Positions 11,387-21,803 are shown, numbered from the stretch's first letter. The stretch: DNA of 64,000 nucleotides from Spirochaetia bacterium (GCA_963677925.2 CAXXYH010000003.1:192001-256000); one strand, 5' to 3'. Program-made: numbers and translations. The notes: a model not told the origin generated them from the sequence alone.

Positions 11387-12682
11387 TTATTTGTTTGGCC
11401 AGAATTTCTTAAGTAAATCTGTTTTAAGTCCTGTTTCTTCAGGTGTAAAACATTCCGCAAGAATTTCCCAACCCTTATCAAGCGCACCTTCCAGAGGGAT
11501 ATTAACCGTGAGGTCCATCATTTCCTTCTCAAAGATAACACCGTATTTCAGAAGCTTGGTGTCCCAGTCCGACATCCTGAATCCCATGGACTTTTTCTCC
11601 ATTGATTCAAGATATGCAGCATAGAGCTTAATCATACCGTCCATAAGAGCACGGTGGTCTTCTCTGGTATCTCCGTTAACCTGCTGCTTAAGTCTTGAGA
11701 GTGAACCGAAAGGCTCAATTCTTCCGCCCTTCAGGTAATACTGCCCCTCGGTAATATACCCTGTATTATCAGGTACCGGGTGGGTAACGTCGTCGCCGGG
11801 CATTGTAGTTACAGCAAGGATAGTGATGGAACCGGCGCCTTCAAAGTCAACTGCCTTTTCATATCTTGAAGCAAGCTGACTGTAAAGGTCTCCAGGATAA
11901 CCTCGGTTGGAGGGAACCTGTTCCTGTGTAATAGCAATTTCTTTCATTGCATCTGAGAAGTTAGTCATATCGGTAAGAAGAACTAGAACCTTCTTTCCTT
12001 TAAGTGCAAACTTTTCAGCAACTGCAAGTGAGATGTCCGGAACGAGTAGACATTCTACAATCGGATCAGCTGCGGTATGAACAAAAAAGATTGTTCTGCT
12101 TAGAGCTCCGCCTTCTTCAAGAGTGTCTTTAAAGAAAAGATAGTCGTCGTATTTGAGCCCCATACCGCCGATGATAATCATATCAACTTCGGCCTGCATC
12201 GCAATTCTTGCAAGCAGTTCATTGTAGGGTTCACCTGAAATTGAGAAAATAGGAAGCTTCTGTGATTCAACCAGGGTGTTGAATACATCAATCATAGGAA
12301 TACCCGTTCGAATCATATTTCTCGGTATAATTCGTTTGGCAGGGTTAACCGATGGGCCGCCTATCTCTATAAGATTTTCGGTAAGTTCCGGACCATTGTC
12401 TCGAGGCATACCGCTTCCTGTAAAAATTCTGCCCATAAGGTTGTCTGAAAATGCAACCTGCATGGGATGACTCATAAATCTAACTTCATCACCGGTTGAT
12501 ACACCACGGCCTCCGGAGTAAACCTGAAGTGAAACTGTATCACCATCGAGCCTGATAACATCTGCGAGTGATTTTCCATGTGATGATGTAACTTCCGCCA
12601 GTTCTCCGTACTTAATACCGTCGGCTTTGACAGTGATTACGTTTCCGGCAATTGATTCAATTTTACTGTATACTTTACGCAT
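11387..12682 (-). CDS. atpB: V/A-type ATP synthase subunit B
   Basis: [35 protein letters not shown]. Confidence 0.97.
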   Translation of the reverse strand: MRKVYSKIESIAGNVITVKADGIKYGELAEVTSSHGKSLADVIRLDGDTVSLQVYSGGRGVSTGDEVRFMSHPMQVAFSDNLMGRIFTGSGMPRDNGPELTENLIEIGGPSVNPAKRIIPRNMIRTGIPMIDVFNTLVESQKLPIFSISGEPYNELLARIAMQAEVDMIIIGGMGLKYDDYLFFKDTLEEGGALSRTIFFVHTAADPIVECLLVPDISLAVAEKFALKGKKVLVLLTDMTNFSDAMKEIAITQEQVPSNRGYPGDLYSQLASRYEKAVDFEGAGSITILAVTTMPGDDVTHPVPDNTGYITEGQYYLKGGRIEPFGSLSRLKQQVNGDTREDHRALMDGMIKLYAAYLESMEKKSMGFRMSDWDTKLLKYGVIFEKEMMDLTVNIPLEGALDKGWEILAECFTPEETGLKTDLLKKFWPNK

Positions 12683-12704
12683 CTTAATCTACTCCCGACT
12701 CGAT

Positions 12705-14483
12705 TTAATTTTCTTCCGCATCATCTGCGGAGTTTGAAAGAAGTCTCTCGTCAATGCCGGAAACTTTTTCCTCTATCATACTGGTTATTTCTTTCTCAAG
12801 CCGAACGAACTCATCATTGCCCCACTCTGCTCCGTTATAGTCAAGGAATCTCTGCCTGAGCTGATAGAACCAGGTTCGCGCCTCGTCCTTATCCTTAAGA
12901 GAAAGTGTTGAAGTGAGTACTTTAAACAGAATATCAAAAATATGATTCTGTCTTTCAACACTCACTGAACTGTCGACAGGGTCAAAAGAATTCTGCTGCA
13001 TATAAACTGAATCCAGGAAGTCTCCTTTGAGATAAACGATGTAGTCATCGATACTTGTACCTTCTTCACCTACAACCTTCATCATCTGTTCAACTTCATT
13101 TCCTCTGAGAATAAGTGAACGTGCAATTTCAGTTTTTTCAAAGTCAAGAATACCCTTGTATTTACTCCAGCTTTCAAGCGGATGGATTGCAGGATATTTA
13201 CGGGCATCAGAGCGCTCTCTTGAAAGACCGTGGAATGCGCCTACAACTTTCAGTGTGGCCTGAGTTACCGGTTCTTCAAAGTTACCTCCTGCTGGAGAAA
13301 CTGTACCGCCGATAGTAACAGAACCTTCAGATCCGTCTTTAAGCTTAACACGTCCTGCTCTTTCATAGAAACTCGCGATAGTCGATTCTAGGTAAGCCGG
13401 GAATGCTTCCTCACCCGGTATCTCTTCAAGTCTTCCGGACATCTCACGCATCGCCTGAGCCCATCTTGATGTTGAATCTGCCAGAAGCAGTACGTTCAGC
13501 CCCATCTGCCTGTAATATTCAGCAAGTGTTACAGCTGTGTATACTGAAGCTTCACGGGCGGCAACAGGCATTGAAGAGGTATTACAAATAATAATAGTTC
13601 TCTCCATAAGACTCTTGCCGGTCTTCGGGTCAATAAGTTCAGGGAATTCTTTGAGTGTTTCTACAACCTCACCTGCACGCTCACCGCATGCAGCAACTAT
13701 TACAATATCAACATCCGCATTTCGACTGGTTACCTGCTGCAGAACTGTTTTACCGGCACCGAAAGGTCCCGGAATACAGTATGTTCCGCCAAGAGCAACC
13801 GGAAAGAATGTATCAATCAGCCTGAGTTTTGTTACCATCGGCTTTGTTGGTCTCATTCTTTCAATATAATTGGTAATAGGCCTCTTAACCGGCCAGTTGA
13901 AACTCATTGTAAGGTTAAATTTATTTCCCTTTGAGTCGGTAATCTCCGCAACGTTGTCTCTTACCGTATATTCACCCTCTGATGCTACACTTGTAACTGT
14001 GTAGGTATCAAAATAGTTGAATGGAACCATGATTCTATGCTCAAAGATTCCCTCAGGTACGGTACCGATAGTATCGCCCTTTTCAATTTTTGCTCCGACC
14101 TCTACCTTCGGCGTAAATTTCCACTTTGTTTCAGTGGGGAGAGCATCAAGGTAGACACCTCTCTCAAGGAAGAACCCGCATTTTTCTGCGAGCTGCGGAA
14201 GCGGATTCTGAAGACCGTCATAAACCTGTCCGAGCAGACCCGGTCCAAGCTCAACCGCGAGCATGTCTTCAGTAAAGGCTACATTGTCGCCTATACCTAT
14301 TCCCTTGGTCATTTCAAAAACCTGGAGTTCAGCCTTGCTTCCTTTTATTCGAATTACCTCAGCTTTAAGGCGTTGATCGCCAACTTCGATATACGCTACT
14401 TCATTCATGGAAACAACGCCGTCGACTTCGACGGAAACCATGTTTCCATTTACACCTATTACTTTTCCGTTACTAACTGCCAT
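12705..14483 (-). CDS. atpA: V/A-type ATP synthase subunit A
   Basis: GPFGAGKT P-loop, CGERAGE, NTSSMPVAAREAS, DSTSRWA. Confidence 0.97.
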   Translation of the reverse strand: MAVSNGKVIGVNGNMVSVEVDGVVSMNEVAYIEVGDQRLKAEVIRIKGSKAELQVFEMTKGIGIGDNVAFTEDMLAVELGPGLLGQVYDGLQNPLPQLAEKCGFFLERGVYLDALPTETKWKFTPKVEVGAKIEKGDTIGTVPEGIFEHRIMVPFNYFDTYTVTSVASEGEYTVRDNVAEITDSKGNKFNLTMSFNWPVKRPITNYIERMRPTKPMVTKLRLIDTFFPVALGGTYCIPGPFGAGKTVLQQVTSRNADVDIVIVAACGERAGEVVETLKEFPELIDPKTGKSLMERTIIICNTSSMPVAAREASVYTAVTLAEYYRQMGLNVLLLADSTSRWAQAMREMSGRLEEIPGEEAFPAYLESTIASFYERAGRVKLKDGSEGSVTIGGTVSPAGGNFEEPVTQATLKVVGAFHGLSRERSDARKYPAIHPLESWSKYKGILDFEKTEIARSLILRGNEVEQMMKVVGEEGTSIDDYIVYLKGDFLDSVYMQQNSFDPVDSSVSVERQNHIFDILFKVLTSTLSLKDKDEARTWFYQLRQRFLDYNGAEWGNDEFVRLEKEITSMIEEKVSGIDERLLSNSADDAEEN

Positions 14484-15038
14484 CTATAATTCTCCATCGT
14501 ACGATTGATGTATTTTATCCGTAATCTGATTATATAATTCCGAATATTTCTCTTTTCCAACTTCAGGCTTCAGTAGCTGTCTGCGTTCAAGCAGCTGAAG
14601 CTTAAGGTAGTAAATAATCAGTCTGGACAGGTCAAAATAATGACCTACTTCCAGATTATCCAGAAATGCCCATCGGGCTTTATTCAGGATATCTTCTCCT
14701 AACAGCGGATTTGCAGAATTGTAGGCTTCTCTGGCTGCATCATAGGCACCGGTTGCATATTCGTTTTCCCGGATATATGACTCCGCATCGAGCCCGGTTG
14801 AAGCCGAACGCATTTTCACAAGCTCGTTTCTGAGTGTTTTTTCCCAGCTGTTCCAGAGAATAAGAATACTGTCTTCTGCAGCATCATTCGGAACTAAATC
14901 TGCGCTGCAGAGTATTCTGTAATCTTCCGCATTTACAGTATTAATGCATGACTCATGAAAATACTGTATATCAATAGGAGGTTCCTGCTCGTATGACAGC
15001 ATCGGAAGTGATGCTACCGTGTAATAATACTGAGCCAA
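14484..15038 (-). CDS. DUF2764-like V-ATPase subunit C-related protein
   Basis: YYYTVASLP start, YYLKLQLLER near the end; lies between subunits E and A as in spirochaete/chlamydial operons. Confidence 0.8.
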   Translation of the reverse strand: MAQYYYTVASLPMLSYEQEPPIDIQYFHESCINTVNAEDYRILCSADLVPNDAAEDSILILWNSWEKTLRNELVKMRSASTGLDAESYIRENEYATGAYDAAREAYNSANPLLGEDILNKARWAFLDNLEVGHYFDLSRLIIYYLKLQLLERRQLLKPEVGKEKYSELYNQITDKIHQSYDGEL

Positions 15039-15042
15039 AATA

Positions 15043-15648
15043 CTACTCCTTTACAGCTTCTTTAACGATCTCTGCAAGCTTCGGATTAAGCAGTGCCGAA
15101 AATACCTCTGCAATGCCCTCGGATGTAAAATTATAGTAGGCTGAACCGTCTTTATCAGAAACCCTGAATCCGGATTCAATACCGCTGAACGGTTTAATTT
15201 CAAAACCCGCTTTAAGTTCTGCAGCAAGTTTGGATTTAAGTCCCGATTCAAGTTCCTTAAGATCCTTTTCAGCAAGCTGTACTGCGCCAGCGCTGTCTTC
15301 AGACCAGCTTTTCACTACTGTAACAACAGCATCTTCAAGAACCTTACCCTTGTAAATGTCCTTGATTTCGCCTTCTATGATGGAATTAAAAAGTTTTTCA
15401 ATTTCAGTTTTTGTTTTAAGAACAAGGTCGCGCCCCGCCTGTGTGATTGCAGCTTTACCGCCGGCTTCAGCCTTTGCAGCCTCAGCCTTGGCATCTGCAA
15501 TGATTTTTTCCGCTTTTTTTTCTGCTTCAGCAACAATTTTTTCTGCTTTGTTCTCAGCACCGGAAACAATCTCAGAGGCTTTCTGTTCGGCGTCTTGAAC
15601 GCCTTCTTTATTAATCTTTTCTAAAAGTTCTTTAAGCTGAACGTCCAT
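15043..15648 (-). CDS. atpE: V/A-type ATP synthase subunit E
   Basis: N-terminal coiled coil (LKELLEKINKEGV..AE.KA..I...A), first gene of the operon. Confidence 0.9.
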   Translation of the reverse strand: MDVQLKELLEKINKEGVQDAEQKASEIVSGAENKAEKIVAEAEKKAEKIIADAKAEAAKAEAGGKAAITQAGRDLVLKTKTEIEKLFNSIIEGEIKDIYKGKVLEDAVVTVVKSWSEDSAGAVQLAEKDLKELESGLKSKLAAELKAGFEIKPFSGIESGFRVSDKDGSAYYNFTSEGIAEVFSALLNPKLAEIVKEAVKE

Positions 15649-15749
15649 ATAATCCTCACATTTAATCAGAATCTATTACTATATATATTATTAAACCTTT
15701 CCTGCGGACGCAACACCGTCCTTCTGAAAAGTATAATTTTATAAATGAC

Positions 15750-16163
15750 TTACTTAACTATGAGATCTCCGTAAATTTTGAGAACATTCCCATCTCTGGA
15801 AACATGAATATCCTGTTCAGGAAAAACTTCGGTAATGATTTCTCTCAAAAGATCTCCGACTTCCTCTTCAATACGCCGGAACACTTCCTCCGGAACATAA
15901 TCAAGGGTTACCAGATCGACATCTACAACGTATCCCCTCCCATGAATACTGCCGTAGCCTGCGCTGAAACTTGCGCCGACGTTGAACAGACCGTCACTAG
16001 CCTTGTTAGCGGTTTTTCCCCGTTCTGGTCGGTTTGGATGTAATCTGTACCTATTACCGTAATTGTTTTCCAAATAATCGTCAATAATGTCGAAAATTTT
16101 TTTTAACTTGTCATCAAACTCTCTAATCTTTTGACTGTAAACCACGTTTATGTATAACCTCAA
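15750..16163 (-). CDS. hypothetical protein (start possibly GTG at 16145)
   Basis: 137-aa ORF co-directional between mutS2 and atpE; conserved-looking LHPNRP.RG.TAN...DGLF and GYGS..GRGY segments. Confidence 0.7.
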   Translation of the reverse strand: MRLYINVVYSQKIREFDDKLKKIFDIIDDYLENNYGNRYRLHPNRPERGKTANKASDGLFNVGASFSAGYGSIHGRGYVVDVDLVTLDYVPEEVFRRIEEEVGDLLREIITEVFPEQDIHVSRDGNVLKIYGDLIVK

Positions 16164-16194
16164 TAAAACATTATTTTTTTAACAGATATCTAAA

Positions 16195-18567
16195 TTATTT
16201 AAGCTTAACAATAGTCTTTCCAAATCCTCCGGATTCAGCATCCGAGAAAAAAATTTCTTTAACATTTCTGTTTTTTTTCAGAAAATCATGTACAAATTTC
16301 TGAAGAATTCCGTCACCAAGGCCGTGAATCACTGAAAACTCATTCAGACTGCTTAAAATTGCACCATCAAGCTGACGTTCGAGTGCGTCACGTGCTTCTT
16401 CCACGCGCATGCCTCTTATATCAAGTTCAAAACTTGCTTTAATATCAAAACCGCTGCTTGCGACACTGATTTTGTTTTCTGTTTTTTTATCTACCGCCAG
16501 AGGTTCAATATCCTTAACTTTAACATTCAGTTTAATATTCCCAAAAGAGGCAATCCATTCATCATTCTTTCTTTTTTCAATGAGTACGCCTTTCTTTCTG
16601 GTTTTTCTATTTAATATCTGCATTCCTTCAGCAAGCTCAATATTCAAAACGTGGCTTACACCTGTTCCTGTTTCAGCATTGTCTACCGAATCTTTTTCCG
16701 AATAAAGTTTTATTTTTTCATCTTCAAGTACACCGCTCATCGTTTCAATGAAGCTCTTTACTTTTAAATTCTTTTCCCGTGTTATTTCACCTTCACGCAG
16801 TTCCCTTACTAAATTCTCAAGATCGCTTCTTGTCCTGTGCACAAAGCTTTTCAGCTCACCGAATTCTGATTCTTTCAGAATCATATTCTGCTGCCTGAGT
16901 TTTAGAATTTCCAGATCCTTCTTTTTTCTGACCTCATTGAATTTCGCTTCACGGTCTTTCTGCTCTTTTTCTTTTACAAGAAATTCTCTCTGTCGTCTTT
17001 CAAGCTCGGCTATCATACTTTCAACGGAGGAATCTCCGTCATCTATTAGTTTTTTAGCAGATTCTATTATCCGGCGGTCTATACCGCAGGACAAAGCGAT
17101 TTCAACAGCATGACTTTCACCCGGCACACCTTCAATGATTCTATAGGTAGGCTTCATTGTTTCCGAATCAAACTCCACGCTTGCATTTGCTGCACCACTT
17201 CTTGTATACCCGAATCTTTTAACGGCTGAATGGTGTGTTGTGACAACAGTAGTAACATTCCGTCCTAAAAGCTCCTCAAGAACCGAAGAGGCAATAGCGG
17301 ATCCCTGTACCGGATCAGTTCCGGAACCAAGCTCATCAAGCAGCACCATAGTGCGGTTATCTGATTTCCTGAGAATTTCTGAAATTCTTTTCATATGCCC
17401 GCTGAAAGTAGATAACGATTCCTCGATAGACTGATCATCACCGATGTCGGCTATAATATCGGTGTACAAGCCTATTTCAGTACCTTCTTCGGCCGGGAGT
17501 TCGAGGGCAAACTGGTTCATCAGTATAAAAATACCGCATGTTTTAAGTGTGACTGTTTTTCCGCCTGCATTAGGACCGGTGATAATCAGAGTTTTAATTT
17601 CAGGTTTTATTGATATTGTTATAGGCACAGCCTTTGAACCAAGTGCCGGATGCCGGCCCTGATTGATGGTTATTCCCCTTTCTATTTCAACAGGTCTGAC
17701 ACATCTGTTTCGTATTGAATGAACTGCACGGGCATAATAGGAATCGATCTCGGATACAGTATCTATAAGAAAAAGAAAATCCTGGAAGCTGTCATTAAGT
17801 TTTTCTGTTAAAGACCTGTAAATCTTATTAACCTTCTGTGCAAGCTGATTCTGCTCATAACTCATCTGGTTGTTTAGTTCCACCAGTTCAAAAGGTTCAA
17901 TATAGACGGTTGCTCCGCTTGATGAAAACTCATGTACAAGACCCTTTACTCGTCCTCTGTAATTTGTTTTCAGCGGAAGAACAATCCTTCCGTCTCGCTG
18001 AGATGGTACCGTATTCTGCCATATTCCTTTATCATCAGATATAAAATCAGAGGAAATTCTGCTTATCTTCTTGTGCAGGGTTGCAATTTTAGCCCTGGCG
18101 CTCTTTAAAAGGGGATGATCTTCCTTAACAGTTCCATCAGAATTAATTTCTTTAAATATAGAATCTGAACACTGGTGCAGATCGGGTATTTTTTCCGCGG
18201 CCTCTGAGAGGATTCCGGACATAGAAATTCCCTGTTCAGGAACAGATGTGCAGTATTTCTTTAATCGCAGGCCTGAAATTATAAAATCAGCAGAGGCTGC
18301 AAGTTCCTGCCCCTCAAGAACCATTCCTTTTTTACCCAGTTTATCTGTAAAGTATATGTCTGAAAAACTGAAAGAAGGGCGCTTCAGATCAGAGCTCAGA
18401 AGTTTCTTCCAGTCTGAAACAAAATCTTTTTTATAATTTAAAACCTTTGAGTCGGTATCCGGTTCCTGCGTGAGTATAAGAAGCGCTCCGCCGGGGGATA
18501 AAGCGTATTCAGATACATTTTTCTTAACTGAGTAAAAATCAAGCAGTTCAATTGTATGCTTTTCCAG
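16195..18567 (-). CDS. mutS2: endonuclease MutS2 (ribosome-collision splitting factor) with C-terminal Smr domain
   Basis: ITGPNAGGKT, DIGDDQSIEESLSTFSGHM, LDELGSGTDP, Smr LDIRG...IHGLG.G. Frame open 81 codons above the track ATG to a CTG at 18567, giving MEKHTIELLDF.. (typical MutS2 N-terminus) and ~790 aa. Confidence 0.93.
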   Translation of the reverse strand: MEKHTIELLDFYSVKKNVSEYALSPGGALLILTQEPDTDSKVLNYKKDFVSDWKKLLSSDLKRPSFSFSDIYFTDKLGKKGMVLEGQELAASADFIISGLRLKKYCTSVPEQGISMSGILSEAAEKIPDLHQCSDSIFKEINSDGTVKEDHPLLKSARAKIATLHKKISRISSDFISDDKGIWQNTVPSQRDGRIVLPLKTNYRGRVKGLVHEFSSSGATVYIEPFELVELNNQMSYEQNQLAQKVNKIYRSLTEKLNDSFQDFLFLIDTVSEIDSYYARAVHSIRNRCVRPVEIERGITINQGRHPALGSKAVPITISIKPEIKTLIITGPNAGGKTVTLKTCGIFILMNQFALELPAEEGTEIGLYTDIIADIGDDQSIEESLSTFSGHMKRISEILRKSDNRTMVLLDELGSGTDPVQGSAIASSVLEELLGRNVTTVVTTHHSAVKRFGYTRSGAANASVEFDSETMKPTYRIIEGVPGESHAVEIALSCGIDRRIIESAKKLIDDGDSSVESMIAELERRQREFLVKEKEQKDREAKFNEVRKKKDLEILKLRQQNMILKESEFGELKSFVHRTRSDLENLVRELREGEITREKNLKVKSFIETMSGVLEDEKIKLYSEKDSVDNAETGTGVSHVLNIELAEGMQILNRKTRKKGVLIEKRKNDEWIASFGNIKLNVKVKDIEPLAVDKKTENKISVASSGFDIKASFELDIRGMRVEEARDALERQLDGAILSSLNEFSVIHGLGDGILQKFVHDFLKKNRNVKEIFFSDAESGGFGKTIVKLK

Positions 18568-18568
18568 A

Positions 18569-19498
18569 TTACTTCCCCTTTTTATATTTATTGTATTCAG
18601 TTCTCTTCTTCAGATTTTCTAAAATCCTTAAATAACTGTCATAACGTTCTTCGCTTATCTCACCGTTTTCGACAGCGTCCTTAATTCTGCATCCTGGTTC
18701 ATGATCGTGCAAACACTGGCTGTGAGCACAATCGTTCAAAAAAGGAACAAATTCAGGCATAAAATGTGACAGATTTTCAGGCTCCATCCCGACCGGATCA
18801 ATTTCCTTGATACCCGGTGTATCAATTATCCTTCCCCTTTCCCAGACATCCAGCACCGCATAGCAAGTTGTATGTGTACCCTTATTGAATTTATCTGAAA
18901 CTGCGCCTGTACGGAAATTGAAATCAGGATTTATGCTGTTAAGAACCGAAGACTTGCCGACACCGGACTGCCCGACAAAGGCTGAAGTCCTGCCGGATAT
19001 AATGTCTTTAAGCTCTACAAGTCCCTCTCCTGTAACTGTACTGCACCTGTGTATTCGATAGCCGAGCGTATGCCATATTTCAAGCCAGCGTTCGACCTCA
19101 TCCGATATCGGCTGATCAATCTTATTAAGAACTATAAGGACTTCGATATTCTGTTCACAGTTAATAAGAACCCTGTCGCAGAAACGGGGACGGAAGGGAG
19201 GAGAATCCGGAGAAAGTATACATACTGCAAGGTCAATATTGGCGGCAATTGTCTGAATGCAGTTGCGCTTCCGGTTCCACCGGGCAAAGGAATTATTTCT
19301 CGGATATCTGGAAACAATCATTGCCTTCCCTGGATGATGTTCATCTATTTCAATTTCAACATAGTCGCCGGATGCAAGAGGGTTGTATTCATCTTCTGCA
19401 CCTTTCAGTTTTTTCCCCTTGAAACGGCATTCAAAGTTACCCTTATCTGTTTCAACGGTGTAGATATTATTTATTCCGTATAGAACTATTCCGCGCAT
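18569..19498 (-). CDS. rsgA: ribosome small subunit-dependent GTPase A
   Basis: NKID, GQSGVGKSS, GTHTT, DTPG and the C-terminal C-x4-C-x-H-x5-C Zn site. Confidence 0.96.
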   Translation of the reverse strand: MRGIVLYGINNIYTVETDKGNFECRFKGKKLKGAEDEYNPLASGDYVEIEIDEHHPGKAMIVSRYPRNNSFARWNRKRNCIQTIAANIDLAVCILSPDSPPFRPRFCDRVLINCEQNIEVLIVLNKIDQPISDEVERWLEIWHTLGYRIHRCSTVTGEGLVELKDIISGRTSAFVGQSGVGKSSVLNSINPDFNFRTGAVSDKFNKGTHTTCYAVLDVWERGRIIDTPGIKEIDPVGMEPENLSHFMPEFVPFLNDCAHSQCLHDHEPGCRIKDAVENGEISEERYDSYLRILENLKKRTEYNKYKKGK

Positions 19499-20280
19499 AA
19501 TCCGTACTCTTCCAGAATCCAGGTAGAATTCCGCAGTTTTTCAGAGGTTCCCGATTTATCAGTAAGTATAAAAAGATCATTTCCTTTTTTTTCCTCCGAC
19601 AATAGATTATTATTCGTGAGAACTCTTATAATCTGATTGCCGACACCATCCCTTGAATCTATAATCTCAAAATTTTCTGAATTATACTTTTTTAATTCCT
19701 CTTCCATAAGCAGAAAATGGGTACAGCCAAGGACGATCTTATCTGTATTGTTATTTGAGAAAAAATTCATTGCAGGACTCAGCACTTTATGCTTTTCCTC
19801 GTCTGATGAGGAATAAAGCTTCTTTTCGATAAAATCAATTATTTCCGTTCCTGCAAAACGGTAAATTTCACAGCCGGAGGCATGTTCATGTATGAGAGCT
19901 TCAGTATAAACATCATTCAAGGTTCTGTCGGTTGCCATTAGGCCTATCTTTTTATTAACTGATTTAAGAGCCGCAGTCTTTACTGCCGGTACAGTACCTA
20001 CAAAAGGTATATCAAATTTAGTTCTCAGATACGCAAGAGCGGTAACCGAAGCTGTGTTGCAGGCCACTACTATTATTTTTGGGTTGTGTTTTTCAATGAG
20101 TTTGCGAACAAGTGCTTCGAGCAGAAGCTGAAGCTCATCGCGTTCTTTCGGCCCATAGGGGAAATTCGCGTTATCTGCGGTATAAATAAATCTTTCCAGA
20201 GGAAGATGCTGTTTGACCCATTTTAAATACGGCAGACCACCGACTCCTGAATCAATGAATGCAACCGGTCTGTTATCCAT
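19486..20280 (-). CDS. murI: glutamate racemase
   Basis: DSGVGG, FPYGPK, VACNTAS, VLGCTHF. Start moved to ATG 20280 (MDNRPVAF). Confidence 0.95.
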   Translation of the reverse strand: MDNRPVAFIDSGVGGLPYLKWVKQHLPLERFIYTADNANFPYGPKERDELQLLLEALVRKLIEKHNPKIIVVACNTASVTALAYLRTKFDIPFVGTVPAVKTAALKSVNKKIGLMATDRTLNDVYTEALIHEHASGCEIYRFAGTEIIDFIEKKLYSSSDEEKHKVLSPAMNFFSNNNTDKIVLGCTHFLLMEEELKKYNSENFEIIDSRDGVGNQIIRVLTNNNLLSEEKKGNDLFILTDKSGTSEKLRNSTWILEEYGLCAE

Positions 20281-20563
20281 TGCCGAATAGATTATCAAAA
20301 CCCTTACGTGCATCAGAAGCTTTACGGGCCCCTGCTCCGTCCGATTTTGAGTTTCCAAATACGAAATAGTCACAGAAATTGCCGGACTCTTTATCTTTAA
20401 CGTTTTCACTGATGTTTTCACTGCAGTCCCATTTCATTCCGGGCTTGTAAAAACTGCAGTTTTTACAGCAGTGCACTGGTTTCCGGCATTCGGGGCACTC
20501 AGCATTTCTACCGGGCTTAAAACCGTAATCAAATTCATATCCGCAGAAATAACATACTGACAT
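20273..20563 (-). CDS. small Cys-rich (zinc-ribbon-like) protein
   Basis: From ATG 20563: CYFC, CPEC, CCKNC, DC, NFCDYF; 96 aa, overlaps the murI start. Confidence 0.8.
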   Translation of the reverse strand: MSVCYFCGYEFDYGFKPGRNAECPECRKPVHCCKNCSFYKPGMKWDCSENISENVKDKESGNFCDYFVFGNSKSDGAGARKASDARKGFDNLFGNG

Positions 20564-20637
20564 ACCTGATAATAACCTTAATAATAATTGATTGTCCAGT
20601 ATTTGAGTTTTTTGAAAAAGGCTGATATGATTCAAAT

Positions 20638-21234
20638 ATGTTTTCATTCAAAAAATGCCTGCATGACGACTGTCAGGAATATGCGGTATCAGGCAGTAAA
20701 TACTGCTTTAATCATATTGATGATACCGAAGGTTTTTTAAAGCAGACTGTTTCACAGCTCAGCGACTGTGAACAAATGATGAATTTTAAATTATGCAAGG
20801 GCCATATCGAGAATTTTCATATACCCTGTAAAAGTATCATTACCAGTAAATTTTCCGGTACGATTTTTACAAATATGAATTTCGACAACATCAGTATTAA
20901 ACTGTGTTTTTTTGATTTTTGTAAATTCTACAATTGCAGCTTTGCTGATACTGATATCAAATATTCAGTTTTTGCCGGCTCAGTTTTTACCGACTGCGTA
21001 TTTAACGGTTCAGATATTCTCCACACTAATTTTAACGGTGCAAACTTTGATATAGCCGATTTCAAAAGCTGTGATCTTTATTATTCATGCTTCGTCTCCA
21101 CTGAGATGAAAAATGTTAATTTCAACGACTGCAACCTTAAAAAAGTAAATTTTATAAGTTCAACCCGTGAGAATGTCAGTTTTAAGTATTCCAATTCTGA
21201 GGAAGCAGAATTTTCCCGGGGAGATAATCCATGA
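20638..21234 (+). CDS. pentapeptide-repeat protein with N-terminal Cys/His motif
   Basis: Repeats such as FADTD/FAGSV/FTDCV/FNGSD/FNGAN/FKSCD/FNDCN; N-terminal C-x4-C-x10-C-x2-H. Confidence 0.85.
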   Translation: MFSFKKCLHDDCQEYAVSGSKYCFNHIDDTEGFLKQTVSQLSDCEQMMNFKLCKGHIENFHIPCKSIITSKFSGTIFTNMNFDNISIKLCFFDFCKFYNCSFADTDIKYSVFAGSVFTDCVFNGSDILHTNFNGANFDIADFKSCDLYYSCFVSTEMKNVNFNDCNLKKVNFISSTRENVSFKYSNSEEAEFSRGDNP

Positions 21235-21803
21235 AACTTTTTTTCCATTTTGTTCTTGCGAATTTCTCCAACACCTATCTGCTGGGGCCGTCGGAGGGCG
21301 GTAATGCGATTATTATTGATCCTGGCGTAATGGATATACCGCTTTTAAAACAGATAGAGAACAATAATTTCTATATAAAACATATTCTAGTAACTCACAA
21401 TCACAAGTCTCATGTTAATGGAATAAAGACACTTAAAAAGATCTATGATGCTGATATTTACAGTAATATGGAATTACCCTTCGACATGAAAATCAATCAG
21501 ATTAATGATTCCGATATCCTTCATCTTGATGACTTCATTGTTAATGTGATCAATGTTCCCGGACATTCTGCTGATTCAATGTTATTCCGCATTCAGAATA
21601 TGCTTTTTACAGGTGATGTGATATATGCCGGCAGTCTGGATGACGGACTTTCGAGGATTGCAGAAGAACAGCTTAAAGCAAACATAAAGGACAAGATTTT
21701 CGGACTGGAAGACGATCTGCTGATTTTTCCCGGCCATGGTGCACCGACTACTATAAAAGCCGAGAAAATGTTTAATCCCTTTTTGAAAGATCCTTTAGAA
21801 TAA
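21231..21803 (+). CDS. MBL-fold metallo-hydrolase (glyoxalase II-like)
   Basis: IIDPG, THNHKSH, PGHS, FTGD, PGHG; ATGA overlap with the upstream gene. Confidence 0.88.
   Translation: MKLFFHFVLANFSNTYLLGPSEGGNAIIIDPGVMDIPLLKQIENNNFYIKHILVTHNHKSHVNGIKTLKKIYDADIYSNMELPFDMKINQINDSDILHLDDFIVNVINVPGHSADSMLFRIQNMLFTGDVIYAGSLDDGLSRIAEEQLKANIKDKIFGLEDDLLIFPGHGAPTTIKAEKMFNPFLKDPLE

Noticed and set aside
16195-18567. mutS2 (and lptD) as 5'-truncated pseudogenes
   Set aside because: The upstream frames are open and encode the expected N-termini; a non-canonical start explains them better.
20281-20421. Track N-terminal extensions of murI (and similarly rluD, both EF-Gs, pdhB, nifE, activator, modA)
   Set aside because: They overlap neighbouring genes or promoters; downstream starts match family N-termini and mostly have SD sequences.
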